64,000 bases of DNA from NCBI GenBank assembly GCA_951406725.2, contig OX597827.1:37634001-37698000 (forward strand). Reading direction: 5' to 3'. A model generated the notes under the pieces. That model was not told where the DNA came from, did no database searches, and saw only the letters and a program-made list of their open reading frames with translations. A program made the position numbers and the translations under genes. Of this stretch, positions 13,172-25,545 are shown piece by piece. Every line of letters starts with the position of its first letter. Position 1 is the stretch's first letter. Origin of the DNA: Octopus vulgaris. Lineage: Eukaryota.

Positions 13172-13358
13172 TATTTTTTCAATGGGTGCACATAACACGA
13201 AAAAGATTGTTACCAGGGTAGCAAAAATTCAGATAAGCGGCAAGGATATTACATATATATATATATATATATATATGTAATATCCTTGGCGCTTATCTGA
13301 ATTTTTGCTACCCTGGTAACAATCTTTTTTCGTGTTATTTGCACCCATTGAAAAAATA
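13172..13358. repeat. Inverted repeat of about 80 bp with a (TA)n loop
   Basis: ttttttcaatgggtgcacataacacgaaaaagattgttaccagggtagcaaaaattcagataagcggcaaggatattaca followed, after a TA tract, by its near-exact reverse complement. Confidence 0.92.
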
Positions 13359-13385
13359 CACATTGATTTATAAATATATATACAC

Positions 13386-13455
<70 letters not shown>

Positions 13456-13637
13456 TCACTGTATAATATTCTAACAGAAAATATTTAATTAATGATATAT
13501 ATATATATATATATATATATTTAAATTTTGAATTTTATATTTTATATATTTTGTATGTTATATTAATTAATTTTATTTCTATGCATTGGTTTATGTTTTT
13601 CACTGTTTGATTTACCTAATAGTGGTTTTATCTCTAA

Positions 13638-13693
<56 letters not shown>

Positions 13694-13694
13694 C

Positions 13695-13964
13695 GGTTAA
13701 ATAAAATGAGGCCACAAAGCCAAGGCAGAGTGACATTTCGAGGACATTTCATAAAGAGAAGGGTAGTCTTACAGGTGTTTTAGGGATATAAAAGATATTG
13801 CCTTACCAAAATAACTTCTTATATTGAACTCCATTATTTCCTTTTATTTAACTTTCTCATAACATCTCTGATGATGGGATATCTTTTATATTCCTGAGAT
13901 AACTATTAGACTACTCATCTCTTTATAAAATATCCTTGGCTTTGTTGTCTCATTTTATTTAACC
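13695..13964. repeat. Diverged inverted pair containing a degenerate HHR (CUGAUGA at 13868)
   Basis: ggttaaataaaatgaggccacaaagccaagg pairs with ccttggctttgttgtctcattttatttaacc; right arm reads CTGATGA-TGGGATA-TCTTTTA-TATTCCT-GAGA. Confidence 0.7.
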
Positions 13965-14116
13965 TATAAACGCTCACACGCGATCCGCGCTAGTCTCCTC
14001 ACTCATACCATTATCGAGCCATGAATCTAACAGCGGTCCTTCCGTAGCACTTACGTAGCCTTACCTGCTTTTTGATCTTCTTGATACCAAAACCTCACAC
14101 ACGCACACACACACAC

Positions 14117-14173
<57 letters not shown>

Positions 14174-14177
<4 letters not shown>

Positions 14178-14382
14178 TTATATCAAATTAGAGACAAAAC
14201 CACTATTATGCAAATCAAACAAAGAAAGACTTAAGCCAATACATAAAATAATTTATATAAATTAAAATTTAACATATTCATACGTTAAATTTTAATTTAT
14301 ATAAATTATTTATGTATTGGCTTAAGTCTTTCTTTATTTGATTTGCATAATAGTGGTTTTGTCTCTAATTTGATATAATATA
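14174..14382. repeat. Near-perfect palindrome with arms of about 100 bp
   Basis: tatattatatcaaattagagacaaaaccactattatgcaaatc...aaaatttaac / gttaaatttt...atttgcataatagtggttttgtctctaatttgatataatata; a diverged solo arm lies at 13560-13645. Confidence 0.92.
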
Positions 14383-14459
14383 ATATTTTACTATAAAATT
14401 GGATTCAATCTTAAATCTGAATTTTCCTTGTAAATTTGGATTTATTCCCTAATATTTAT

Positions 14460-14529
<70 letters not shown>

Positions 14530-14533
14530 ATAT

Positions 14534-14596
<63 letters not shown>

Positions 14597-15197
14597 TGTA
14601 TGTATGTATGTATGTATGTATGTATGTATGTATGTATGCATGCATTATGAGGAAACACAACTAGATCTCACAATGCAAGGAAACGTTGCATAACCAAGTA
14701 CCTGCAAGCCTGGAGAACTACGTTGCGTATAAACAATTGTAGTGATTGCAAATAAATGTCCAACCGTGATCCTTTTTCTTGACTCCAACTTTTTCAATTA
14801 TCTAATCACATACTACAGAAACGCAAACGCAAGCCTGGAAGTACGTATAATGGATAGCACAGGGTAAATTCTGAAGGTGGAGGAACGTTCTTAACAGAAT
14901 ATAACATAACTATATATATAAATACTAAATTTGTAAATCTCTCGTAGAGACATGTACGGTGGTGGACAGTATACAACCATTCTATATATATATTTATACA
15001 TACATATAGACAATCACTTACTGTAAAGAAAGTCAAGGGTACGTAGCGTTCCATTAATCAAAAAGGCAAAAAAAAAACATGATAAATGTACAAACAAACG
15101 GAAAACAGACACAGAAGGACACTAACTCTTCATCATTTATCGGTCGGAGGGTCAAGGAGCAAAATTGCGTTTTACGTATACATACATATGCGTGTAC

Positions 15198-15335
<138 letters not shown>

Positions 15336-16559
15336 ATAGGATGCGGCGCTGACATTGTGAGCTGATATCTGGTAATGGCACAAGAGTAGTCATTGTTTCT
15401 TTTCTCACAATTCTATGTTGTATAATAAATAACTTCAAAATAACATTAGAACCATTAGAACCAAGTACGACAAAATATGAAAACCGAAGATAAAGATAAT
15501 TTAAACGATTGAATAAAGGGTTATTTCTGGTGATGTCCGGTCGATATCAATGACGGCTTGCAAGAACCATTTTATAAAAGACTGGTAATGTTATGAAAAC
15601 ATAACGAACACCATTTCGAGACAGAAATGGCGAGCAAGCAACCTCGTTACCGAATACAATAAAGAGCAGCTGTCAATCAGTCTGCTCAAATTACTCTGCT
15701 GATCTGAACAGTCTCGGTTAATTAAAATTATCGTGCTCGCCACATTAACTTGGCACTTACTTCGTTGTTTCATGGTCACTTTGTACATCATATCTTCACA
15801 CGTTTCACAGGCCCACCCACGGCTATTATATGGTTGTCATATCGATAACTGTATAACGTCACTATTCATATCTCCGAATACTCCACCTTCGTTTTCTTCG
15901 TCGTCACCTTCCAGCCAGCTTTGCTGTGTTCATCCACCATTTCTAACACTATTGTCAATATCTTATACTTTCTACGTTTCCACTGATCACTCCCACCTCT
16001 TCACATCCGGGTTTGTTTGTTTTTTTACAAACTCATCCATATCTTAATTTCACCTCAACACGCCCACACTCACATCAAACCAGCTATCCATTCTTGCAGT
16101 TTCTCTGCTTTTTTAAACCGAAACTGATTCTAAAGTCAATTCGCATCAAATACTCCATTTTTTTTTTTTCTCTCATCAACGTGTTCCTGCAACACAACCA
16201 GTGATAAAAACCGACGTCGAGTCCAAACTATTAACCGTACATCTTCCCTGCCGACCCGTCCACCACCACCGCATTCCTTCCCCTATCATCTTCCATCCCG
16301 CTTTACGACCTCTTCTTTGTAATTTCCATTTCTCCAATCTGGCAATGACACTTTCCAATCTTTCCTGGACACCCTCTACCCTCCTTCAAATGGAATTGCG
16401 GCTGCACGACTCTTTGATCAACAGTTCCTTTATCAATACCTCCTACTGAAAAACTTGGCCCTTCGTTCAGAAGATTAACATTCTGCAAGATTCACATCCG
16501 TTTTCTAAGTCGTTGATCGATTCAAGAATGTACTCTATTGCAGTATCTTTTACCTTTTA

Positions 16560-16781
16560 TTTGTTATTTGTTTTATTCATTAGGCTGCGGTCATACTGGG
16601 GCACCGCTTTGAAGAATTTTTAGTCGAAAGAACCGACCCTATTGCCTTTTTTAAAGCACGGTACTTATTCTATCGATCTCTTTTGCCGAACCGCTAAGTT
16701 ACAGGAGTGTAAAGACACCGGTTGTCAAGCGGTGGTGGGAGACATACACAGATTCAAACAAACACGCACGCACACACACGT

Positions 16782-16833
<52 letters not shown>

Positions 16834-17408
16834 TACAAATAATATGGGTGGCTTATTAGCAATTTAACAACCTAAATGCAAAATTACAGACGATACTAAG
16901 AAGTACTAGCATTGCTAGAAATAAGACCCAAATCAACTCAATAGCCACAGATAGCACCATCTTAATAACTGACAAGGGAGTCAAGCTCCCTACAACAGCG
17001 AATATGATTTTACCTTTAGGTTGTTAAGTTGCTAATAAGCCTCCCATATTATTTGTAGTTTTCACTTTTACCGTTTTTGAAATCAGCGTATGACTTCAAC
17101 GGATATCTTATAAACTGACAAGGTGAGTTGAGTTTAACCATAGGCGTGGTAAGAGCCATCTATGAGAATTAAGATGCTCCAGCATCAAAATTTGAAATCA
17201 CTGCTGTTGTAAGGAGCTTGTCTCTCTTGTCAGCCATTAAGATGGTGTTGTCTGTGGCTATTGAGTTGTTTTGACTCTTATTTCTAGCTATATATATATA
17301 TATATATATGTATATGTATATACGACGGGCTTCTTTCAGTTTCCTTTGGTCGGCCTGATGCTATGTGGTTGGGAAGCAAGCTTCTTACCACACAGCAACG
17401 CTTGCGTC
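16560..17408 (-). mobile_element. CORE-type SINE split by an insertion at its central microsatellite
   Basis: 3' half at 16560-16770 (ggtacttattctatcgatctcttttgccgaaccgctaagttac); 5' half at 17322-17408 (acgacgggcttctttcagtttcc...cttcttaccacacagc). Confidence 0.7.
16833..17290. repeat. Two interleaved inverted repeats (A-B-A'-x-B')
   Basis: A 16833-16885 with A' 17006-17060; B 16915-17000 with B' 17200-17288. Confidence 0.85.
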
Positions 17409-18294
17409 TATAAGTAAAATACCAATTAAGCGGTGTGTTTATTTTGGAGAAATTGGCCGAAGTTTGACCGATGAATTTAGAAAGTATCTACAGGATGTGA
17501 AACGCAACAGCAAATCTCAAAAATTTCAATTCCCCGGGATATTCCCGTCATTATTATTCTATCTTTGCTCATCTCCATCACCATAATCTTCGTTCGTCTT
17601 CTCCGAGACAAAGATTACTCGTCCAACTGGGGACAGCTTTTTTTTTTTTAATCAATAATCGATTAGCCTTCCTTTGACAACACATTCTTATTAACACTTA
17701 TCCTCATCTAGAACTTCTGCAATCTTCTGCCTACCTATTCGTTAATGTATTTTCCAGTTTTGGGGGATTTTTATTTTCATCATCTGTGTGTGATTCGTTG
17801 TTTACATGGGGCTGTGCTTCTGAAAGATGAGTTATATATAAACAACTACAACACAAGTTATGCCTCTCTACTTAACGCTCGCTAAATGAAAATCTATGCT
17901 TATAACCTTAACGGAGAATCTTACCTCTCACAATATAGAAACATTTCTTATGGCCCCAGCAGACAAAACGGATGATAGCGAGGAAGATGCGCAGGAACAG
18001 CCACTCTGACTCGTGGGGCTGGCACTTGCGGACTGCAATCTCTGCCCCGATAGTGGGGATCAGGGATATGGTCCGGGAGCCAAGAACGCAAGAGGCCTCA
18101 ACTGCCACAGGCTCAATCATAAACTTGTCGATGAGCGACCAGTACCTTGACATTTTTTTTTTTCATCAGCCCAACGAGCCTGGGCTGGTAGCTGACAAGG
18201 CCAACTTGTATTTGTGTATGTTCATGTGACGGGATGAATATCTGAATAAGTGTGTAGGGGCGCTTGTGTACAGATTTGTATAATATTATGTATA

Positions 18295-19598
18295 CAAGCG
18301 GGACCCGTGAATATTTCACGGAATTAATTGTAAACTTATTGGGTTATTCCTGAAAACTTTATCCAAAAAGCTTGAAGCGTAGCCTGTGTTGTGTCCGTAT
18401 GGAAAGCTAGTTGCTCATCTAAAACTCATTGAAAAGTGAAGGAAATTGGAATACGAAGAATACTTAATACACTTTATATTTACATGCTTTATATATTCTA
18501 AGCACAATTTTATAGACTTAATACACAGCACTCATAAAATAAATATTCACTCTTATCTTTCCATATTTTCCATAAACAGAAAAAATTACATTTTAAAATT
18601 TACATAGTCACAATTTCATATCCAGAAAACAAAAACTTTATAGTAAAAACTTTATACGCAAAATATAGGGCTCACGATTTCATGGGGGTAAAAATTTAAT
18701 GCAACATGGCCTGCTCTGAAAACTATATCGTTGGTAACTTATAAGCCAAGATGATGGATCTGAACCAATACACATTTCAATTTGCGTACACATTTCGACC
18801 CAATACTTCTTTGCAGACTATGTTCTTCGCGTAAGTTCTCCCTCTTCTTTTCCCTTGTTTGTCAGTGTTGATAACTTTAACTCACACATCAGATAAGTTA
18901 CGAGCTCTTTAGAATGCAACATATAACTGACCATGGCCGAATACAGATTCAGGCAAGAACAACCCCACTTTATCAAATGTCTGCCCTTGTGATTTATTGA
19001 TGGTCATTGCATATGACAGGCGAACAGGAAACTGATTTCTTTCTAAAGTGAATGGCAAGTTTGGGATGCGCACGCGTTAAGTGACAGGTGTTATAAAACA
19101 CTTAGTTCAATTAAAAATAAACACTTACTTTTCACTATGCACTCACCATCGCCACCTCCACCACCACCACCACCACCACCACCACCACCACCCTCTCTCT
19201 CTCTCTCTCCCTCTCTCTCTCTCTCTGTAGTTTTCTTTAATCTCACCATAAAACATCACTTCCTGCTAAAATTATATTCCTAACTCTCCTCTATATCACT
19301 ACCTTCAACTCTTTTAACCACGTAATAAATATTACTCTCCCCCCACCACCATCACATGTCGTGGACGCTTTTCTCTCCGTCTTTACTTTCTCCCCCTTTT
19401 TCTTTCTCTTGTTCTCTCTTCCCCTTCACCTAATCACGTGAAAGCGTCACGATTACGTTCCCTCTACCTCATGTCATGGACGCTTCTTTCACCCTCTTTT
19501 TCTTTCTCCCTCTTTTCTTTCTCCCTCTTTTTCTCTAATCACGTGAAAGCGTTACCGACGGGCTAAGTAACGTAATGACAAGAAGAATTATTATAAGA
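18295..19598 (-). mobile_element. Deleted Helitron retaining the helicase C-terminus
   Basis: 5' a|TCTTATAATAATT at 19598; 3' hairpin ccgtgaaatattcacgg then CTTG|t (CTAG variant) at 18295; helicase fragment inside. Confidence 0.55.
18795..19065 (-). pseudogene. Helitron RepHel PIF1-type helicase C-terminal fragment
   Basis: Minus strand translates [44 protein letters not shown]...AKNIVCKEVL, the PIF1 motif V/VI region. Confidence 0.9.
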
Positions 19599-20288
19599 TG
19601 CCTATATATGTATATATGTAATGGCGAATATATGCATGAACGAGTTTGAATACGGAGGCGCGTAAGCGCGTTTGCATATATCATCGTGCATATAACAAAT
19701 CTTGAACAGTCACAACAGTTCATTATTTTAGCAATATCGATCGGTAAGAGTGATGAAGGTGTAATAATGACTTGGATAGAAAGTTAACAAATTTAGCAAA
19801 TTAAAGAACTTAATTTACTTTATTATCCGCCTACAATTCTACAAATGTTTTTAGAGGTTTATTTCATCCTCACCTTCCTTCCATCCTTTCAGCTTTTTCT
19901 ACGTTACTAAGAAGCACTAATAATGAGCAAATATGAACGGCAAAAATATTAGAAACAGACTAAACTGACGGGTTACCATTTGACGCTGGCATGCATAGCC
20001 CATCAAGTCCAGATCAGTCCACCCGCCCACCCACGCATCCGTCCAGGTTCGTATCTAACACCAAAATATGATACGCCATCGATTAGCTGCCGAAGCAAAA
20101 CAATACACATAATGAGGCAGATTATTCATCAAACAAAACCCGAACAGTAAGCTTGTAAGTTTTTACAGCCACATGAACGACTATAGTAACAATAACGACG
20201 ACAATAATAGCAATAAATATTGATTTTGTATTTCCTTGGTTTTGTACAAAGTTCACATATGTGTGTGTGCATGTATGTATGTATATGC

Positions 20289-20339
<51 letters not shown>

Positions 20340-20383
20340 CATATTTATGTATGTATATATATATATATCATATATATATATAG

Positions 20384-20448
<65 letters not shown>

Positions 20449-20608
20449 TACACATATATATCATGGTCTGCGTCGTGATTGAAGGGGATCCCAGGATATA
20501 TATATATGCACACACACACACATACATGCACACACACGCTATATACATGCAGAATATATAAAAATATATGTGTGTGTGTGTATGTGTGTGTGTGTGATTA
20601 CGGCCGGT

Positions 20609-20674
20609 CTATGGGGTTACCCAGGGTTTCGCGTCCATAAAGCGCTTAGCTTTATAACGTCTCGTCAGACCTAG
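20609..20674 (-). ncRNA. Type-I hammerhead ribozyme with canonical core
   Basis: CUA-GGU-CUGACGA-GACGUUAUAAAGC-UAAGC-GCUUUAUGGACGC-GAAA-CCCUGGG-U-A-ACC-CCA-UAG; predicted cleavage after GUA, between 20618 and 20617. Confidence 0.75.
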
Positions 20675-20709
20675 CTTAGAGTGTGCTTCTCTTTCGGATT
20701 TATGATTTA

Positions 20710-20761
<52 letters not shown>

Positions 20762-21552
20762 ACAACCAGGATGCAAACACATGAACAGGTTCCTTTTGTC
20801 GAACTGGAAGTCACCACCTGCTCTGGATTGAGTTGCTGTCTCACAGACTTTGGCATATTCTCTGCTATTTTGTTTTGTTCTACGTCAGCTGCATTAATTA
20901 TGGCTTCTGCTATCAGGGAGAACGGGGATCGTAGTTTTCTTACTTTCGTTTCATTCTTCTCGTTCTATTTTTACATTGTTCTACTTTGCATTTTGCTTCT
21001 AATTTTTTCTTATTTTTTCTCTGTACAATGGACTGGCTTTTAAAATATATCTAACGCATAAACAAAGCCTGAAAACATTACTTGGAGATACGAGCATGTT
21101 TTATAAATCTGCCTATTTAAGAAACTATCTTTAACACTGTCTTAATTTGTGTATTAAATTGATATTCATCTCTCATTGGCTGGAGTATTATTTTCTCTTG
21201 ATTCTACCTGCATTCGATCTATAAATTATATATATATATATATATAATCGGGGCAGCAGCGCAGCTGACCATTCAACATACTACTGTCATGGCACTCCCA
21301 CATTCTTCTTCTTTTTCTTCTTCTTATTCTCCTTCTCCTCCTCCTCCTCCTCCTCCTCCTCCTCCTTCTTCTTCTTCTTCTTCTTCTTCTTCTTCTTCTC
21401 CCCTACCAAGAATTCACAACCTCGAACCCACAAGAGTAAACAAGAGAGAAATAGGCAGAAACAAGGAAATGCCACTTGTATTTGAACACTATACAAATAT
21501 TCTTTAAAAAAAAACTCTTCTTTTAATTTTTCTAAATTTAATTGTTTAATTG

Positions 21553-21594
21553 TTATAGTTGAAAAAGTCTCAATGACTGAAACCGGTACCGAAA
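21553..21594 (+). ncRNA. Minimal type-I HHR motif, U3:A8 variant (stem I eroded)
   Basis: UUGAAAA-AGUC-UCAAU-GACU-GAAA-CCGG-U-A; palindromic CCGG loop on helix III. Confidence 0.55.
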
Positions 21595-21643
21595 TGGTTT
21601 TTATAAAATTATTTTAGCATTTTCTATCTTGACTTTTTTCCAT

Positions 21644-21750
<107 letters not shown>

Positions 21751-21779
21751 TTATGTTTACACTTTTTTCTATTCATTTT

Positions 21780-22300
21780 GAGCTACTTGTGGTGATTTCG
21801 ATACAACGAGACCTAAGGTCTCATTTGTATGAGCGCTTTCTATATTTTGGTGAACAATTCTGCTTATCTATCATTTTCTTGATCCAATTTACCCTTATGG
21901 TCTGTTCTTCTGTTGCTAAAAACATTACTTCGGTGTTTTCCTTCAACACTTCTTTCTTTAACCAAAGTCAGCTGCCTTGATCATCTCTTACCTCTTTTGA
22001 ATAAGTTGAATCCAGTTTTTTCCTCCAACTACCCCACATTTTCCTAATTTTTCCCCATCTACTAAGTCTATAAATAGTGTTTCATTCATTACCTCCTTGA
22101 AACGAATTTCTTTTTCTTCCAGACAGGAACTAAGATTTGTTTTCTCTAGATCTATTACGTCTGCAACACTCATTAACCTCCTTCCTTCTTCTGTTCCTTT
22201 CTAATATAAACAGCTCTCACCTTCAGTTCATTCTTCGCTACTCACTAATTCCCGCTTCATTCCATAATGATACTGCTCTCAAGTTGATTGTTGGTTATGA
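21780..22300 (-). pseudogene. Old R4/Dong-like LINE fragment (post-RT region)
   Basis: Minus strand gives EGRRLMSVADVIDLEK and LKENTEVMFLATEEQTIRVNWIKKMIDKQNCSPKYRK; compare LKSETEGFIIAAQEQCLPTRNYHANILKNDSSPTCR near 30900. Confidence 0.6.
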
Positions 22301-22428
22301 CTTTTTATAGTAATCAATTTGAATTTTTAAACGAAAATATTCTTTACAAAAAATTTATATCACTTCTACACTATTGATTTAATCACTTTCCTATATTCCA
22401 AGATATTAATATGATTTATCAACAATTA

Positions 22429-22824
22429 CTCTCTCTTTTACTCTTTTACTTGTTTCAGTCATTTGACTGCGGCTATGCTGGAGTACCGCCTTTAGTCGAA
22501 CAAATCGACCCCGGGACTTATTCTTTGTGAGCCCAGTACTTATTCTATTGCTCTCTTTTGCCGAACCGCTAAGTGACGGCGACGTAAACACACCAGCATC
22601 GGTTGTCAAGCAATGCTAAGGGGACAAACACAGACACACAAACATACACACACATATATACTACGGGCTTCTTTCAGTTTCCGTCTACCAAATCCACTCA
22701 CAAGGCTTTGGTCGGCCCGAGGCTATAGTAGAAGACAGTTGCCCAAGATGCCACGCAGTGGAACTGAACCCGGAACCATGTGGTTGGTAAGCAAGCTACT
22801 TATCACACAGCCACTCCTACGCCT
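22429..22824 (-). mobile_element. Full-length CORE-type tRNA-derived SINE
   Basis: Reverse complement of the 55339-55762 family; its 5' end (ccacacagccactcctac) is tandemly reiterated out to about 22883. Confidence 0.9.
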
Positions 22825-23451
22825 ATACTTACCACACAGCCACTCCTACTCCTATTCTTACCACACAGCCACTCCTACGCCTAAGAATTTTTTATTCTCA
22901 CCATCAAGCAGATCCTTCCTGTACTTTTTGATTTTCCAAACATCGTCTCCACCATAGTGCATCTTTCGGTTCCAAACATCATTCCAATGTCCTAAGAATT
23001 TGCAAAAGGAATTTGTGTGTGCATGCGTACACACACACACACAAACACATACATATATAAATATATATATTTGTGTGTGATGTACACGCATGTTTATCCA
23101 TGTTTGTGTATGAGGGTGCGTGTGTATGTGTGCGTGTGTGTGTATGTGTGTGTGCGTGTGTGTGTGCGTGTGTGTGTGTGTGAATGTATGTTTAAAAATG
23201 GTCAAATACAGTTAAATACAGCACATGTTTCTGAAGCAGAAAATTTCAATTTAAAAGTGTAAATATACGGCGTGTGATGCAGTTGCTATTGCTTCGTTTG
23301 TTGAAGCCTAATGACGAAGCAAGTTTCATAACTAATTTGCAGAAACAGGCCGCATCCGAACCCAAAATACGTATTTTCATATATGTTAGTTTCAAATATT
23401 TCCAGAGTTCTTATCCCTATTCTGTATGTATATTAATCCTTTCTACTATAC

Positions 23452-23633
23452 GCACAAGGCCTCAAATTTCGGTGGTGGGAAAAAGTCGATTACATCAAGC
23501 CCAGTACTCAACTTTATCGATCCTGGAAGGATGAAAGGCGAAGCTGACCCTGGCGGAATTAGAACTTAGAATGTAAAGAAGACGAAATGCTGCTAATCAT
23601 TTTGCCCAGCATTCTATTGATACTGCCACCTCG
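23452..23633 (-). mobile_element. Nin-domain SINE (degenerate)
   Basis: gcacaaggcc...gaaggatgaaaggcgaagctgaccctggcggaattagaacttagaatg. Confidence 0.7.
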
Positions 23634-24899
23634 TTAGAGTAATGTAATGTAGACTAATTTTACAACTCTAAACATTATAACTCATAGTTCACTATTTGTT
23701 GAGTATTTTATTGTATTATGTCACAGACTTCACTGATTGATATGTTTTTCCTGCATATGTCTAAATCACATGCATGTATACATACATAAACACACGCGGG
23801 GACACACCACGCTCACGCATACACGCTCACTCTCACACACACACAAAATTTTCATTTTGAAGATGTGGGAATGAAGAGTGGGTGAATTAATAATTCAAAG
23901 CAATAAAGTGCCCCGTCATACGCGTGCGCGTACATATATTTTGAACTATTAAAAAAAGTGAAGATATAAATATAAACAATATAAACCATGAAAATAAAAG
24001 ATTAGTCTAATCATTGTAAATATTTATTTAGTTCTGGTGAACTATGACGTCAGTTGACCGGATGGTAACACGCTATGGCTCCTGCTCTTAACGTAACACT
24101 CAAAACTAAGATATAAAAGCAAATAAATACGAGAAGAAATTCTCAAAAGTGGAGTTGGGCTGAACATGTCTGAAAGTGATGTAAACAGAGATGGATATGG
24201 GAGGATGGCGTAGGTTATGAGTCTTTACAAAATGGAGGTGGAGAGAAAACGATATAGCAGTATACTTTTTGCACTCTCGACTATTTTCTTAATCCTACAG
24301 TTGATCGTCACCTTCTCTTTCTTTCTCTTTCTCTCTTCCTCTCTCATTTTCTCTCTTTCTCTCTTTCTCTCTTCCTCTCTCTTTCTTTTTATCCATTTAT
24401 ATATCTATATGTCTATATCTATCTCAAACATACACACACTATTACTCTGCCATGCAAATGAGCACAGGTATGCAAATAAGCACAGGTATATATGGTGTCT
24501 GTTGTTCATCACAACTTTTTCGTAAGTAGTTGTAAGCTTCTTTCTTTCCCACCTCCTTCTCTCTGGGTCTGGGGGTGGTGTAAACAGAAGAGCTAAAACT
24601 GGTGACGAGTTTGTAAATGACATGCAAAACTAGTTGAGTTGTTCTTCATTCCTTGAAAGTTAAAACTAGAATACTTAGGCGCTTACGATCGGCTGACCAT
24701 TTAAATCTTATCCCTATTTTCAATGCTAACAATTATTATGAACTATGTATGAGTTCATTTTTTTTATATACCCATCTTATACTATTAATTATATATTTCT
24801 AAACACGGACACTATACGATTGTGTGGAAAACAGTTTCGTTGCTTCACCTGCAACGTGGGCATCTAGGCGAAACTGTGACGTCGTGCCTCGCGAGTTTA

Positions 24900-25545
24900 T
24901 CCTGAACTAGTAAGGCACTTCGGAAGCACAGCCAAGCCAGGGACCTCTGGAAGTTGTCCATAGGTCTTGGGCCGAGAGTTCTTTGATGCAGTTTGGCAAA
25001 CTGACTTTCATCGAAACCCAGAATCTCCCCAAGCTGTCATCACACTTGCCCTCTACCAGCCATCTATAGTACGCCGAGGTGGTACCCCCTTCGCCGGCAT
25101 TGCTTGTTCGGGAGAGAAGCACGAGCACCTGTGGACATTCTGCTTTCCAAGCTCCCAGCCTTGGTCTACGCCTGTTCCAGGTTTCCAATTCACCAAAAGA
25201 AGTGAACCTGGGAAATATCTCATAAACGAATGGAGACCACATCTGCTCACCGTCCATGTAGAGTCAGAGATACCTCAACCTCAGCGAATGCCTGCGTATC
25301 TTTAGCCACGGCGTCCCTAACCCATCCTTTAGCGGCTGTTGGCAGCAGATATAGCACCTTACAAGAGGCCACCTGTCCTCCCACAAGAAGTGAAAGAGCA
25401 TGCGTTCCAACTTGTTTAGCCACAAATCGGGGCACGGCACGGCGTCTAGGCGGTAGGTAATGACAGATGCGATAAATACATTTGCCACCTCCGTCCTCCC
25501 TTCTAGGGATAGCCTCCGCCCAGCCTCACTTACTCAGACCGCTAC
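24900..25545 (-). pseudogene. L1/Tx1-type LINE ORF2 fragment (post-RT)
   Basis: RRLSLEGRTEVANVFIASVITYRLDAVPCPDLWLNKLERMLFHFLW...CQQPLKDGLGTPWL, matching the L1/Tx1 FLW...GGLG region. Confidence 0.8.

Larger units (their letters stand above)
16200..17520 (+). mobile_element. Highly decayed PLE (linker and GIY-YIG remnants) interrupted by a SINE
   Basis: 16260-16330 RIPSPIIFHPALRPLLCNF resembles the PLE linker; 17431-17510 CVYFGEIGRSLTDEFRKYLQDV resembles GIY-YIG YIGETGRxLxxRFxEH. Confidence 0.45.

Noticed and set aside
20781-20818. AUGAACA-GGUUC...GAACU-GGAA as another G3:C8-type HHR
   Set aside because: It has two core mismatches and no convincing stems I or III; it cannot be supported without a family consensus.
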